The notes: generated by a model not told the origin, from the sequence alone. A DNA stretch of 64,000 bases from Gracilinanus agilis (GCF_016433145.1 NC_058135.1:69556800-69620799); one strand, 5' to 3'. Shown: positions 24,301 to 37,799, numbered from the stretch's first letter. Program-made: numbers and translations.

Positions 24301-24664
24301 ATCTCGATATGAAGAAAACTGATTAGGCTATAGGACCAAAGCAGGAGTTTTATTTCTGTTAAAACAAGACTAATTTAGTGACAAGCCTAGAGTCTAAAAA
24401 TGTGAAACTGCTCTAGAAGTCCTGAAATCAACCAAAGATCTATACCTATCTCTAAGAAATCCTGGCTTCTTGAGGCAAGAGATCAATAACAAACTATTTA
24501 CATGGTTCTTCTAATTTTAAAATGATCTAGGGTCATAAGGTAGTTCAGTTTGGGGAAAACATATGAAAAAGAATCTTTCTGGCATGAAGCCAATTATAGG
24601 AGATAACAGTCTCACTGAACACAATGTTGGAACCGCTCTTTTATCTCTGTGATATAATGATGTA

Positions 24665-24895
24665 GTACATAATACCCAGCTATTAGTATTCATAAGGCAT
24701 TTAAAGGTTTGTAAAGCAATTTCATATATTATCTCATATGATTCTCACAACAGCTCTTTGAGATAAATGTTGTTATTACCCTTTTTTGTAGATGGGGAAA
24801 CTGAGGCTGAGAGAAACTAGCAAGTGTTTGAGGCAGAATTCAACTTCAGGTATTCTATACCTCCTGACAAATCTAGTACTCTTTATACTAGTGAA
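24665..24895 (-). mobile_element. MIR SINE
   Basis: TATCTCATATGATTCTCACAACAG...GATGGGGAAACTGAGGCT core. Confidence 0.8.
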
Positions 24896-26923
24896 TCCTA
24901 GGCATTTAAAAAAATTCATCTCATATCTGAGGTTGACAAAAATTACCTCCTATAATTAGGGAGAAATATAGACATAAGATTTAAGATATGTCAGTAGTGC
25001 TCAACTCATAATCCATCCCATTTAGAGGTCTATGGCAACTATCTAAAGCCTTACCTTGATTCAGGACTTAGGACAATGTGAAGCCTAAGAAGTTGTACAA
25101 ACCTTCCGACAGGTATGAGAACAAAAATGTTTAAGAACTGTTATTATAAAACATGCTTGACTAAGTATATTTGTTATTTTTTTAAAAGCAAACAAAAAGC
25201 ACCGTAAAACCCAAAACATCTTAATCTAACATTTTGTCAGTGAAATAATACAGGAAATTGATTGGCAGTTCTGATATTCTGTAACACAAACTGAATACAC
25301 ATATTCAAGCTGATGATCAGAACAAACTAAAAAGAAAGGGTTAGTTAACTATAATGGAATTAGAATGGATGCCTTAAAAGATCATTACTTTTGTCTACGG
25401 GGAATGTGAAAGAGTAAGGAAAAATTAATTGGAATTCTTCCACACCGTTTTTATACATAGTAAATATTGGCTCTTTATGTAGGTAAATCATTGTTATTAT
25501 TCATTTGTGGGTCACAGGAAAAAGAACCAAGGAAGCAAAAGACTATGTGGGACAACATAAATGTAAATTACCCTTGATTAGCTGTCACATTTGTATTTAT
25601 ATGTCCAGCACCATGGGCAGCGCTTGGCACAAGCTAGGCACTTAATTCTGGTTGAATACTTGAGTTGTCAGGAAACATCCCTGGGCCTCAATTTCCTTAC
25701 CTATCAAATAAGAATGCTAGACTAGATAATCTCAAGATTCCTTTAGTTGTAACACAGTAAGAGTCTCTGGCTTTATTAAGCTATTAGATAAAATAAGACT
25801 AAAGAAATGTATTTAAAAAATAAAATAAAATATTTTCCTAGTCATCATATAAATTAAATAATAATTCACATTCCTACAACATTTTAATGATTCCAAAGCA
25901 CTTTTCTCACAATGACCCTATGTGGCCATGTGAGCAAGTAGCATTATATAAAATTAATTATTTTATCTAACTAGGAAATAAATGTTGCCTTCCTTGGAAC
26001 ACTTAAAATGCATTTTTTAGAAAACTTTAGAAATTAAAAAAATAAAGCTTTAATTGAAATGGCTTTGGGAAACTTTATCTCAAATAAGTAGTTATACTTT
26101 TCCCCCTTTGAACTTATTCGACTGTAACATATGAATATCATCAAAAGATTATATCTTCTGGGAGAAAAAAAAAGTGACTCTAATGATTAACTAATACATA
26201 GTTTTCTCCTCTAAAAAAATGTCATCTTTTAAGGCATTTGACAAGAAACTATCTTCACATTCATTGAGATCTACACAATCCAGGAATATTTGTCTATCTT
26301 TCATAAATGGATAAGAAAGGAAGGATGTTTAAATTGAATGACATAGCATAATTGTTGCACATCAAACACAAACTTAGGTCAAAGAGGCTAAATTTCTCAA
26401 TCCTGGTCAGGCCCAGAAGTAGCAAGTGTCTAGAATTGGAACTCAATTCTCCAGTGCTAGCATGATTTATGCAGGAGTCTCAGAAAAAAGGCAGAAAATA
26501 CAATACAAAAAGTGATTTTGTTATATGTTGATGCAATTTTAAATAATCATTTTCTGATATTTTGTGATCCTTGCTCTCTTCTTTCTACCCCATTCCCCTT
26601 CCCAAGAGTGAAGGCAATATAATACAGACTGTACATGTGTTTTCATATAGTATATATTTCTATACTCATCATGTGAATAGAGAAAAATTAATGAAGAAAA
26701 TAAAGTGAAGAATGGCGAGCTTCAATCTTCATTCAGATTCCAACAGTTTCCTTCTATGGAGGTGGATAACTTTTTGTCATGATTCCTTAGGAGCTGTCCT
26801 GGATTCATGCATTACTAATAATTGAATAGATCACAGTTGATCATCATATATTAATTGCTGTTACTATGTTCAATATTCTGCTGGTTCTGCTCACTTTTCA
26901 TCACTTCATACAAATCTTTCCAG

Positions 26924-26926
<3 letters not shown>

Positions 26927-26963
<37 letters not shown>

Positions 26964-26972
26964 ATGTGTGTG
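26927..26972. repeat. (TG)n microsatellite, perfect to 26956
   Basis: Direct reading of the sequence. Confidence 0.95.
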
Positions 26973-27198
26973 TCTTTTGTGTGTTCGTCATTTCTTATGG
27001 CACAATAGCATTCCATTACAATCATATTCCACAACTTGTTTAGTCATTCATAAATTTGTGTACATTCCTTCAGCTTCCAATTTTTTTTGCTAAAACAAAA
27101 AGAGATAATTCAAATATTTTTGTACAGGTAGGTTCTTTTCCTCTATCTTTGTCTATTTGAGATACAGAACTTGTAGTGGTATTGCTGGGTCAAAGGGT

Positions 27199-27456
27199 TG
27201 TAGATTTAAAAATTAATATTCAGTGTTTCCAAAGTATAATATTTATAAAGATTTATCAATATTTAACTAGAGAGCTAGGGAAAACAAGGGACATTCACCA
27301 CTCAACTCACATGGATGAGAGCAAGAGGGACTTTACCCCAAACTTATGTACAATCACATAAAAGATGCACCTAAGCAGAAAGGAAAAGGGAAGTTTGGGG
27401 CTAAGTAAGAATTCTGGGAGATGAAGTCTAAAGGATATAAAATTTCCACTTACACA
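27199..27456 (-). mobile_element. Short solo LTR inserted in L1
   Basis: TGTAGA...TTACACA termini with 4-bp flanks GGGT/GGAT. The L1 sequence GGTCAAAGGGT...ATACATAGTTT is continuous across it. Confidence 0.8.
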
Positions 27457-28122
27457 GGATATACATAGTTTTTTGGCCTTTTGGGAATGGTTACAAATTG
27501 CTCTGCAGAACAAGTATACGAGCTTACAACTCCATCAACAGTTTATTAATGTCCCAGTTTTTCCACATGCTCTCCAACATTCATAATTTTCTTTTTTTTT
27601 GTTATTCTGGCCAGTGTGATGTGGTATCTCAGAGTCATCATAATTCTCATTTCTCTAATTAGTAGTGATCTGGAATACTTTTTCATATGACTAAAGAATG
27701 ATCTAATTTCTTCATCTGAGAAATGCCTGTTCATATCCTTTGACCATTTTTCAACGGGAGGATGCTTTGTATTCTTATAAATAATCCTAAAACTTTTATA
27801 CTAAATCATTCTATGATATTTAAACCTAAAGAAAATGCCAGCAATCATCTTTAATTTTCTTCCTGAAGAATTATTCAGAAAAGAGATAGGCAGGTGAAGT
27901 GTGATAATTTAGGGAATATATCTCAGTTATTTTCAAAGAAATATTGGAATAGCTAGAGAAAGTAAATGCTTTTCCAAGTCAATGAGTTTAGTCTATTTCC
28001 TCCTAATAATAGTGCCTGCCTAGGGAAGGACACCTAAATCCTGTCTGTGCCTATCAGTTATCCAATGGTTCATTGAGTAGAGCCATCTCTTAGTGACATC
28101 CTCTTTACTTAGTTCTGGATAC

Positions 28123-28272
28123 CAAGCACACTGTCACTCCTAAGCATCTGCTTATGAGGACATATTTTGCACAATCCAAGTAGGCATTTGGAAGCATATA
28201 GGATAGATTCTCTCATGAGTTTTGTAGACAAAAGGTCTAAATTGGGGAGGAGTAACCTATGTAGAAGTTTAT
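28123..28272 (-). other. Candidate coding exon (150 nt, phase 1/1, open frame)
   Basis: Acceptor TCCTTTGTCCTGTTGCCTTATGCAG, weaker donor TTG|GTATCC. Peptide KLLHRLLLPNLDLLSTKLMRESILYASKCLLGLCKICPHKQMLRSDSVL; no homolog recognised. Confidence 0.25.
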
Positions 28273-28475
28273 CTGCATAAGGCAACAGGACAAAGGATAA
28301 TTTCTTACAACTCATAATAAGCAGGGTGAAAACTGCTTTTCTGATTCCTAAGAGGAAGAAGGATCATGTTTAATATTAAGCCACCTAGTCAGTGGTGACT
28401 TGAAGCATATTTCTGCATATTTCTGCTTTTGTTGATAAATTTCCACTCAAACTGAACAAAAAGATTATAATAGCT

Positions 28476-28540
28476 CAGGTGCTGGCAAACTATGGATCAA
28501 ATCCAGCCTGCTACCTATGAGCTAAAAATGCTTTTGATCT
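28476..28540 (+). mobile_element. MER58-like hAT fragment
   Basis: CAGGTGCTGGCAAACTATGG...CAAATCCAGCCTGCT...GAGCTAAAAATG. Confidence 0.55.
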
Positions 28541-28759
28541 GCTTCTCTACCTTTTAACAATGCAAGAACATATCCAGATAGAAGTTATATTAGAAGTCCT
28601 TAAATCTAATCTTCTTATTGTATAATTGAAAATAAAATGAGACTCTGTCCCATGACTTGCCCTAGCATCCACAAGAATGATAGAAACAGAACTTGAATCC
28701 TTGAACCTTAAAATCAAATCCAAGTCTCCACTATACTATGGTTCCTCTTCTTTCATTCT

Positions 28760-29050
28760 TTTTCTTTTTAACTTTATTTTTAACTGATTAAGAAAAATTT
28801 TCCATGGTTAAATGATTCATGTTCTTTCCATCCCCTCCCATAGCCAATGCACAATTCTACTGGGCTTTATTTGTGTCATTGATCAAGTCCTATTTCCATA
28901 TTATTGATATTTGCACTAGGGTGGTCATTTAGAGTCTATGTTCCCAATTATATCCCCATCCACTCATGTGATCAAGCAGTTATTTTTCTTCAGTGTTTCT
29001 GCTCCCACAGTTCTTTCTCTGGATGTGGGTAGTGTTCTTTCTCATAGGTC
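28760..29050 (-). mobile_element. 5'-truncated opossum-type L1 3' end
   Basis: Antisense L1 3' UTR. 16-bp TSD CCTCTTCTTTCATTCT at 28744-28759 and 29051-29066. Confidence 0.92.
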
Positions 29051-29479
29051 CCTCTTCTTTCATTCTATAGTATTAGGAATATAACAGTATGTTTTAACTT
29101 ATAAGCAAAGCATAAAACTAATGATATACAATAATAATTTAGATGAGCATTTTGAACTGGTTGTTTTTACTAGCCATAACTTCATACTAGTCATAATTCA
29201 AGTATACTCCTGGGTTTGGTCTGCCCCATGACCAATGGTATGCATTATAAGACAGAAAAAGAAGTTATGGTTTTATTCTGTGGACATGGAAGTGAGTGAC
29301 TTTACCTTGATTGTGTAGTAATTGAGCCTGGGTATTGATGTTATCAACTGAAATGAACTAACTATTGCTTTAGGGAGAATCTGTAAGAAAAAGAGAATTT
29401 CTCCTTAGTTGATTTGCTTCATTAAAAAAAAAGCATCTTCCATTATGAAATTAATAACTTTTCTTTACCCTTAATTTTG

Positions 29480-29900
29480 TTTTCTCAAAAACAATGCCAG
29501 GAAGGAGGCTATAGAGAAAAATAAGCTCAAGATGAGTTGTCTTTAATTTCTCAATAATATAAAAAAGAGATATCATCTGCTGTGAGAATGGATGAAAGCA
29601 GAGAGGGTCAGAGATGGGCTGTGGTAGCATCACGAACAATTAGCAATAGACTGAATAGTCTATTGGTATCTTTGAATGTCAGGAACATACAGTGAAGATT
29701 CCTGGCATGTTGGGTGAACCCTTTGGGGGTTAGCTTCTAGTAAGGCATAAATTATAGGAATATAGGTTAAGAAGGTATGCATGAACTTGCAATCTGTGTT
29801 CTTGGGACCAAAGCCTACAGTGATAAGGGCATATATCCACTGATATTGCCAGTAATAGAGGAGGAAAAGAAGTAAGAAATCTCTCCTGATCAAATTGCAT
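29480..29900 (-). mobile_element. Degenerate L2 ORF2 fragment
   Basis: Minus-strand CTCACAGCAGATGAT...TTATTGAGAAATT resembles the L2 segment CTCAGCTGATGAC...ACTGAGAAAATT. Confidence 0.5.
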
Positions 29901-30318
29901 GAAACAGCAGTTTTTTCTAATAATCATGGACCACCTTATACATGCATATTTTGCATTTATTCCTAAAACATCTATAATTATTCCTTTATAGGTACAGTGA
30001 ATGTTATTAATAAAATTTATTCATCAATAAGGTTAAAATCAAGGTAGAAAGTCATGCAGAAAAGGTCAATTGAAAATCAGTTTGAAGAAGTAGAAAAAGT
30101 AATGATTCTGAAGTTTAAAGAATTGATTCCATATCCCAAATCTTAAGTTTACCATTGGAGTGACTGTGGAATAGTTACTTCTTAGGTCTCAGTTTCCTCA
30201 TCTATAAAAGTGAGATATTTTATCTAAATCTGTGGTGTGAAGCTGAAATAGAAACGGGGAACCCTTAACTGTACATAAGTATCCCTTCAGACTCTATAAG
30301 ACTTAAAAAATTCTACAA

Positions 30319-30349
<31 letters not shown>

Positions 30350-31061
30350 TCCTTTTTTATTACTATATCAACATATTAAAATCAGACAAGATCAAAGCCA
30401 GACTTTGGAGTGTTGTGGTCTCCAAGTGTCCTATGTACTGAGCATTTTACACTGAGTCAGATGTAAACTTAAGTCACTTTTAGCTCTGAATTTTTGATTC
30501 TTAAAAAAAATTCATTTTTCTTTCTTGAAATTAGGACAAATATGGAAAACCTAGTCTTACCCATTAAGTTCTTCATGTCTTTTATTCCCTTGAAAATTTC
30601 CTTAAAACTTCAGAAATATTTCTACGAAAAGAGAGATTTGAGACTTTTAAACCAATAAATGGATACATACATAGTCTGATAGTCTTTTAACTAAATATAT
30701 ATTTATACATATGTGTGTATATCTAAATTTTTATTTAACTATGTCTAGATGATTATATATTGTAAGAGAAAGGAAAATATATTGCAATGAAAAGAGCATC
30801 AGATTTGGAAGGTCATATTTGGATTTGTGCATTATGTATTTGTGTCCTCGTATTACTACTTACTACTTCTTTTGTAACCTCCTTGAGAAAAGGCAAAAAA
30901 ATGCCTTTTATTATATCCTTAGTGGTCATTACAATACCTGGCAAGTACTTAAATGATTATTGATTACTGACTGAATGATGACTTATATGACCTTGGATAG
31001 ATTAGTTAGAATCTCTTCCATTTAGTTTCTTTATCTATAAAATAAGAAGATTGTATTAAAT

Positions 31062-31343
31062 CAGGGATTCTTAATATTTGTACATGTGTATTGTGAAATG
31101 CTTTGGCAGTGTTGTGAAACCTATAGGAGCTTTAGAAGCTTAAGAAGGAAATGATTACCTCTTGTTTGATTTGAGCAAAAGGGATAGTTTTTCGTTTAAT
31201 ATTTTATAAATGGTGAATAATAATGGTCTTTAAAGCCCAAAATGAAATGCATAGGATTACAAAGGAAACCAATTGTATTGAAATGTGATTATCAAACTAT
31301 CTTTTAAAAAATACATTTATGGATTCCAGGTTAAGAACTTCTA
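31062..31343 (+). mobile_element. hAT (Charlie-type) MITE, near complete
   Basis: CAGGGATTCTTAA start, GGTTAAGAACTTCT end, and ATAGGATTACAAAGGAAACCAATT core. Confidence 0.7.
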
Positions 31344-31721
31344 GAATAAATGATCTTTAGTCACAATCTCTCAGCTTCCATTTGTTCATCTATGAATTAA
31401 GAGATGGACTGGATGATCTCTTAAGATCCCCTCAGTTTAATATTTAGGTCTCTGTAAGCCTGTGGATGGGCTTCCATGCTTTCATCTTTTTTTGTCTGCC
31501 TAAAATGAGCCCATTACACTTGGTGCAACTCCTTGAAATAAAACATTTAGTTTGGGAAAATGGCTATGAAAACACAGCAATATTGTGGTGTGATAATCTT
31601 GGTATTTAAAAAACTCAAACATTTACACTCAAGATTTAAAATATAGTGGAAGCTTCAGTGTTTTGAGAAACACGTGTTATGTCTTCTGTGTCTTGGGTAA
31701 TGAGTGTATAAGCCATCTTAC

Positions 31722-31799
31722 CACCTGAAATCTCCAGGTGAGGGACGATTGGACAACTTAGAAATGTGCTCTTTTTACTCAACTGTGTGATGGTCCAAT
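31722..31799 (-). other. Candidate exon (78 nt, phase 1/1, single open frame)
   Basis: Acceptor CTCTTTCTCTTCCCCCCTAG and donor GTG|GTAAGA. Peptide WTITQLSKKSTFLSCPIVPHLEISG. No repeat recognised in this region. Confidence 0.35.
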
Positions 31800-32814
31800 C
31801 TAGGGGGGAAGAGAAAGAGCTTGTAATGAGACATAATGTAGCCGTGAGACAAGACATCACAGGCAATTTCCTGGCAGAAAGAGTGAGATTTAATCATTCA
31901 AAGCTGCTTCTGCAGTTACTGCTGAGGCATGTTCGCTCCACCAACAGGGAGCAAGATGCCTGTCAAGATTGTAGTAAAGCAAACTGAATTGCTGCCAACC
32001 CATTGCCTACAGACAACAGATGATTCTCATCCCCCATTTATTTTATTTCTGCACATTTTGATCTTGTTCTGTGTTATCTATATAAAATACAGTGTCTTTA
32101 TATTACTACAAAAGGACCTATAGGGAAGAAAAGGTTGCTATTAAATCCAGGGAAAGGAAAGAAAAACCACTTTTTCCTCAGAACTTATTTATACTGGTCA
32201 GAGCACTATTGCTCAGTGAAGCAGGGTAATTATAATCAAAGCTGCAAAATCCATTAAGCTTTGGAAGGAGACAATTACTCCTGTTTGATTTGATGAGGAA
32301 GAACAAAGTTTTATTGTTTAATTTTTACACATGATGAATAATGTGATGAGAGCTGTTATTTGGAGATTCATCCTTTATGTGGGAGTAGTTTAAGGTGATC
32401 AGATGTCCAAAACTGTCCATAATTATACTGGTTTAGTCTTTTGTGAATAGATGAATATTTTCGATCCATCAATCAGTAACCATTTATGAAGTTCTTACTA
32501 AAAACTGGTTCTAGACATTTTCGCTGACCATTCCCTGTGCAAAAAAAAAAAAAAAATGTTCTCCCTCTTCAACTTTCTAACCTGGCTTCCTTGACTTCCT
32601 TTAAGTCTCAATTCTTCCTACTACAAGTAGCCATTCCCAGTCCCTTTTAGTTCTAGTGTTTTCCATCTGTTGGCTATTTCGAAGAATTTATCCTATAAGT
32701 TGCTTACTTTTCCTGCATTGTCTCCCTTATCAGATTGTGAGTTCCTTTAGGACAGGGATTTTCTTTTGCCTTTTGTAGTATTTTTAATACTTAGTATAGT
32801 ACCTGGTAAATAAT

Positions 32815-33075
32815 TGGTTTGTTGTTATTATTTTTATTCAGTTATGTCTGACTCTTCATTACTCTTTGACCAGAGCATGCCGATATTGTCCATGGGTTTT
32901 GTTGGCAAGGATATTAGACTGTTTTGCCATTTCCTTCTCTAGTTGATTAAGGCAAACAGAGGTTAAATACTTGCCTAGGGCTATACAGATGATAAGTGTC
33001 TAAGTCTAGATTTGAACTTGGGTCTTCCTGACTCCAGACCCATGATTTTATCCAGTGAATACCTAGTAACCTCCA
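32815..33075 (-). mobile_element. MAR1-type marsupial SINE
   Basis: TGTCTGACTCTTCAT...GTTTTGCCATTTCCTTCTC...GGTCTTCCTGACTCCAG. Confidence 0.8.
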
Positions 33076-33109
33076 TATAGTAGAATAATAAGTAGCTAAT
33101 AGATTTTTA

Positions 33110-33620
33110 ATTGGTTGTTGTGTTTTATACTCAAAGAGGACCAAAATGACATCAATGGTGATGTCTTTAGACTAGCAAAATAAATTAGATTTAAAGAAGT
33201 CAGAGTTGAACAAAGTCATCAGCCTCACTCTCTCTTCCAGAGTCCAGTGGTGAAACAAAAGTCAAGATGACCGGTGATGGTTCAGGATACAATGGATGAC
33301 CTTGACTTCTTTGATGTTTAACCAAGCTCTAAGTACTTCTCAGTGCCTGCTTTTGTAGCCTTCATGGATGTTGGAACAAGTTGTTCTCATCTGCCCCTTC
33401 CAATGTGGAAGTCTTCACATGATTAGAACAAAAATCTCTCTAATTCACTGATGAATTACCCTATTGGTTACCCTCAAGTTGGTTTAGCCTGGTAGAGAAG
33501 ATGGTTTTACTATACTGTGGTCATTGTGCATACTACAGCTTCTTAGAGCCACAGGTGAAAGCTGGGTGGCAGATGGACACCAAAGGAGGATGAGCAACCC
33601 TAAAATGGGCTTGACTCATC
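33110..33620. mobile_element. WALLSI-type (RTE-related) marsupial SINE
   Basis: CTCAAAGAGGACCAAAATGACATC...AAAGTCATCAGCCTCACTCTCTCTTCCAGAG recalled as a WALLSI pattern; subfamily not determined. Confidence 0.6.
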
Positions 33621-33818
33621 CTCAAAACAAAGGTACTAGTTTTCCTTGCTTACTGTTTACTATGTATATAAATGATGAATTATTGGCTGATTACATTTTA
33701 GCTCTGTCACTAACTTCTTATAAGATGCTGGGCAAACCACAGCCTCTTTGGGGAAACCTGTAACACATACACATAGGTTTTCTCAACTGTAAAAAAAAAT
33801 AATAATAATGGACTAAAT

Positions 33819-34015
33819 CAATGGTTCCCAAACTTTTTTGGCCTACCGCCCCCTTTCCAGAAAAAATATTACTTAGTGCCCCTTGGAAATTATGAAACTA
33901 TTTATTGAACTCAGAATAGAATGGAATACAAAAAAAAAAAATGTGGCCATCACCACCTCCCTGGATCACTGCAGCACCCACCAGGGGGTGGTAGCACCCA
34001 CTTTGGGAATCACTG
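33819..34015 (+). mobile_element. Non-autonomous hAT MITE
   Basis: Terminal inverted repeats (TIRs) CAATGGTTCCCAAA / TTTGGGAATCACTG. 8-bp flanks GACTAAAT/GAGTAGAT (degenerate TSD). Confidence 0.85.
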
Positions 34016-35064
34016 GAGTAGATGAACTGTCAAGACTATGCATATATTTTAATTTATCTTTCCTTCCAAATGCCAGAAATATTGTATCCAACACTTGGAA
34101 ATCAGTGATCACCTAAGAATCATAGGGTCATTGATTAAGAGCTGGATAGGCCTTTTAGGTATCATCTAGTTCAAATATTTTATTTTGTTGATGAAAAAAA
34201 ACGAGTCCAAAAGACTCGATTTGGTTGGCCTAAGGTCAAACAGGTAATGAATGACTTAGATTCAAATTCAGGCCTATTGAATCAAAATCCAGTTTAACCA
34301 TTATCAAAGCCTGGGATCCTTAATGATTCAAAAATTCGGAACCTCCCCTTCCTTTTTGTATTCACTAAATCTCCAATTTTCAGTTATGGAAATTATTGTT
34401 TCTACGGCAAAATTTTGGCTATATTAAAGACAAATGCACTCTATTCCTGTATACAAGATACTTCCTAAAAGCCTGGTATAATTCCAGGAACATTCTTAAA
34501 TGCAATATTTCAATGCATGACCCAGGGAACCAGAGGAAATGTAAAATATTACCGAGTAGCTGCAGTTTGCCAGTTAAAACATTTAATTTTAATAGGAATA
34601 TAAATAGTTCTTCATCCAAAGAACTTTAGGTGCATTATCTCATTTGATTCATGTAATAGCCATGTAGAATAGGCAGGTATTGTCCCCATTTTAGAAATGA
34701 AACAAAAGAAACTCATAGAAAATCAGAACTCTGACCCAAATTACAAGTCTGTACTCTATCCATTATGTGGTTCTAAATCTAATATTCTGTCCATTAGATA
34801 GGGTAGGACAGGAGCTTTCATTCCTTTGAAAACTAGAAAAATTTCCCTCTTAGATGGCAGTATGGAGTATAGGAAAGAATTTTTTTTTTACTGTCCAAGA
34901 ATTTGAGTTTAAATCTACTACTCAATCAATACCTTGTTCAAATTATGTCCCCTTTCTGGCCCTGACTTTCCTCTTCTGTTAAAGAAGTTGGTTGGATATC
35001 AGATCTCAAATGATACCTTTAGCTCTAAGTCCTATCATCTTTTGTAGAGTCTGAAGTGATTTTG

Positions 35065-35840
35065 AAAATTATTTATCCCTAACATGACAGAAAAGGAAAA
35101 TGACAAATGCTGGATGGGATGTGGAAAAATAAGGACATTAATGCACTGTTGATGGAATTATGAATTAGTCCAAACATTCTGGAGAATAATTTGAATTATA
35201 TCCAAAGGGCTATAAAACTGTGCATATATCTTGACCCAGCAAAAACCACCACTAGATCAGTGTCCTAAAGAGATCAGAGAAAAGGAAAGAGAACCTATTT
35301 GTACAAAAATATTTATAGTAGTTTTTCTTGTGGTGGCCAAGAATTGGATAGCTAGGGAATATCCATCAACTGGGAAATGACTGAACAAGTTGTGGTATAT
35401 TATTATAATGCAATACTGTTGTGATCAAAGAAATAATGAATATAATCTAATTTATATGACCTCATGCAAAGTGAAGTGAGCAGAACCAGAGCACTGTACA
35501 CAATTACAGGAATATTACAATGATCATCAACTATGAAATATTTAGTCCACTTAGATCAAGACAATGATCCAAGACAATTTCAAAGGACTTATGATAAATA
35601 TGCAATCTACCTCAACAGGGAGAGATGATGAACTCTCAATGCAAATTGAAATATACTTAAAAAAACCCAAAACTTTCTTTATTTTTACTTTTTTATTTTG
35701 TTCGTGTTTTCTTCTGCAATAAGGCTAATATAATCACATATTTTGCATGACCTCACTGAAATTGGAACGCTGGTTTTCTCAAGCCAGGGTGGACTGAAGG
35801 AGTTAAGGGAGAAAATGGAACTTGAATTTAAGGAAAAAAA
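35065..35840 (+). mobile_element. Old L1 ORF2 end and 3' UTR
   Basis: AATGACAAATGCTGG...CATTCTGGAGAATAATTTG...AAAGTGAAGTGAGCAGAACCAG. Confidence 0.85.
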
Positions 35841-36039
35841 AGGATTGTTAATCTTTTACCTGTAATAGTAAAATAGCTAATGAAATAAATTAAAATAAGT
35901 AATTTTTAAAATTACTCATTTTACCCTCAGTTTGCCAAGGAAGAAATCATAAATTATGAATTATTGAATAATGAAAATATTTCTTTCATTATTTGGCTAG
36001 CCTAATAAAATCATGTTCTATACCCTCATATTTCAGTAA

Positions 36040-36250
36040 ACAGTTTGGAAGAGGTTTCCTGGGTAAATTCACACCTTTGCTATTTATCATCTATGTGATC
36101 ATGGTCTAGTCACTTTATATTTTTGTGCCTTAGTTTCCTCATCTATAGAATGGGCATAATAATATCTTTACTTTCCATCTTGGAGTTTTTCTGAGAGCAT
36201 GAAATGATGTATGGAAACTACTAAAACACTTTATACTCGATATATACATA
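36040..36250 (+). mobile_element. MIR SINE
   Basis: TTAGTTTCCTCATCTATAGAATGGG core. Confidence 0.7.
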
Positions 36251-37249
36251 TTATTTAATTGATTGATAGTCATAGAATTTCAAGTGAATCATTTGTAAAA
36301 TAAAAACCTCCTCCTTGTAGTGAGGCAATAGGACTCTCACTTTCTTGGCTTCTCTCACCCTGACTTGCTCTGCTCTAAAGCAACTGGAAATTTCTGGAAG
36401 CCTAAACAAACCAATAAGGGGCTACTACTAACTCTACTGAACAATTAAACATGACCATTATTGGAAGTCCTAAGAGATCAATTGGAGTCCACATTTATAA
36501 ACAAAATTCAGTTCATTTGTTCCCCTAATATGGGACAGTGAGAAGAAAAGCACCATAGACTTGCTGATATTGTACATACCATAATTAATGCAGTTATGAA
36601 ATTTTTTCTGGACGCTTAGCATTGAATCCTACCCTATTCTATTGGGGGTGGGTAGAGTATATAGGTCTAGGAAGTATCACTTTCATCTCCATTCCTGGAC
36701 TCCTTCAAAGGGGGATTAAAAGGATTGTCTGTCTGGGTTCCTAGTAACTAGCTCCCAGGCAGCTAGAAGCTGGGAGGGAGAAGGAGAATGTTTCCTGTGA
36801 GAATCTGAATTAAGACCATCTTGGAGACAACCCTGTTTGGCCCCACGCAGAACAAATACCTGAGCAAAAAATAGCTATCCTCCATGGGATATTCCCAGGG
36901 GTATCCAGACACACCTGTCAATCATCTAACTCCAGCCCTGGGCTGTCAAAGCCAACTGCACTAAGCAAGTTGTCGGGAACACCTTACAAAGTCAAAAAAG
37001 AGCTGAATTTCTCCTTCTCTTTCTTACTTCCCTACTCCCACATCATCTTTGGGGTCTTTTTTTTTAAGTCACCAATTTTCTCTTTCTTTCCTTTTACATT
37101 ATCCCCCCAACAAACCTGCTTCCTCTCCTCCAGCTCAAATTGATCTGCAATAAACATTTATAGATTTCCCTACAAAAATCCTGAAAGTAGATAGGGTGAC
37201 TGGTGTATCATTATCCTCCTTTCACAGAAGAGGAAGTCTTTATAAAGTT

Positions 37250-37470
37250 AAAGAAGTCAGGGGAGACACGCATTTAAATGCTACCTCCTATATTTACTAG
37301 TTGTGTAACCATGTAAAAATTATTTCCACTTCGAACCTCGATTTATTCTTCTATAAAATTAGGATAATAATATCTGAAGATTTCCAGCAAGGTGATTGTG
37401 AGGGTCAAAGGAGATAACTTTGTGAAGTGTGTCATTGTTCAAATGCTACAGACAAGTCATTTATCATATT
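37250..37470 (+). mobile_element. MIR SINE
   Basis: GAAGTCAGGGGAGAC head, CTATAAAATTAGGATAATAATA core, GGTGATTGTGAGGGTCAAA. Confidence 0.65.
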
Positions 37471-37799
37471 TGAAATTCACTTAGAAAGTAATTATCAGAA
37501 TGAGCATTCCACCCAGATGTCCTGATGCTAAAGCTTAGTCTTTCTACTCTATAATGGCAGAATAGCTATCAATGAATTGAGAAAGGACCTTGAGTCAAAC
37601 TAATAAGGAGGTAGCAAATTCTAATTTTTTTTTTATTCTTTTTTTTTCTTAGGCAGGAGAATGGAAAAAAACAAATTGAGAAACAATTCTTATTTTCATG
37701 CATATTTCCAAAATGTTAGAAAACCAAATTCATTGAGTTTCTAGTTCAAATATGTTGATCTCTCAATCTATCTACCAATTATATGTTTCAGCTCTAATA

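Larger units (their letters stand above)
26500..27780 (-). mobile_element. L1 ORF2 C-terminus and 3' UTR, interrupted by an LTR and a (TG)n tract
   Basis: ORF 27546..27734 (MNRHFSDEEIRS...LLIREM...LRYH) is an L1 ORF2 motif. Confidence 0.9.

Noticed and set aside
27311-27370. 60-nt minus-strand exon-like segment (CIFYVIVHKFGVKSLLLSS) with excellent splice sites
   Set aside because: It lies wholly inside the solo LTR at 27199-27456, which is inserted in an L1. It shows how easily pseudo-exons arise.
29660-29893. Membrane-protein-like ORF (FLLLFLLYYWQYQWIYALITVGFG...)
   Set aside because: It is adjacent to and apparently continuous with a degenerate L2 fragment, and no homolog is recognised.
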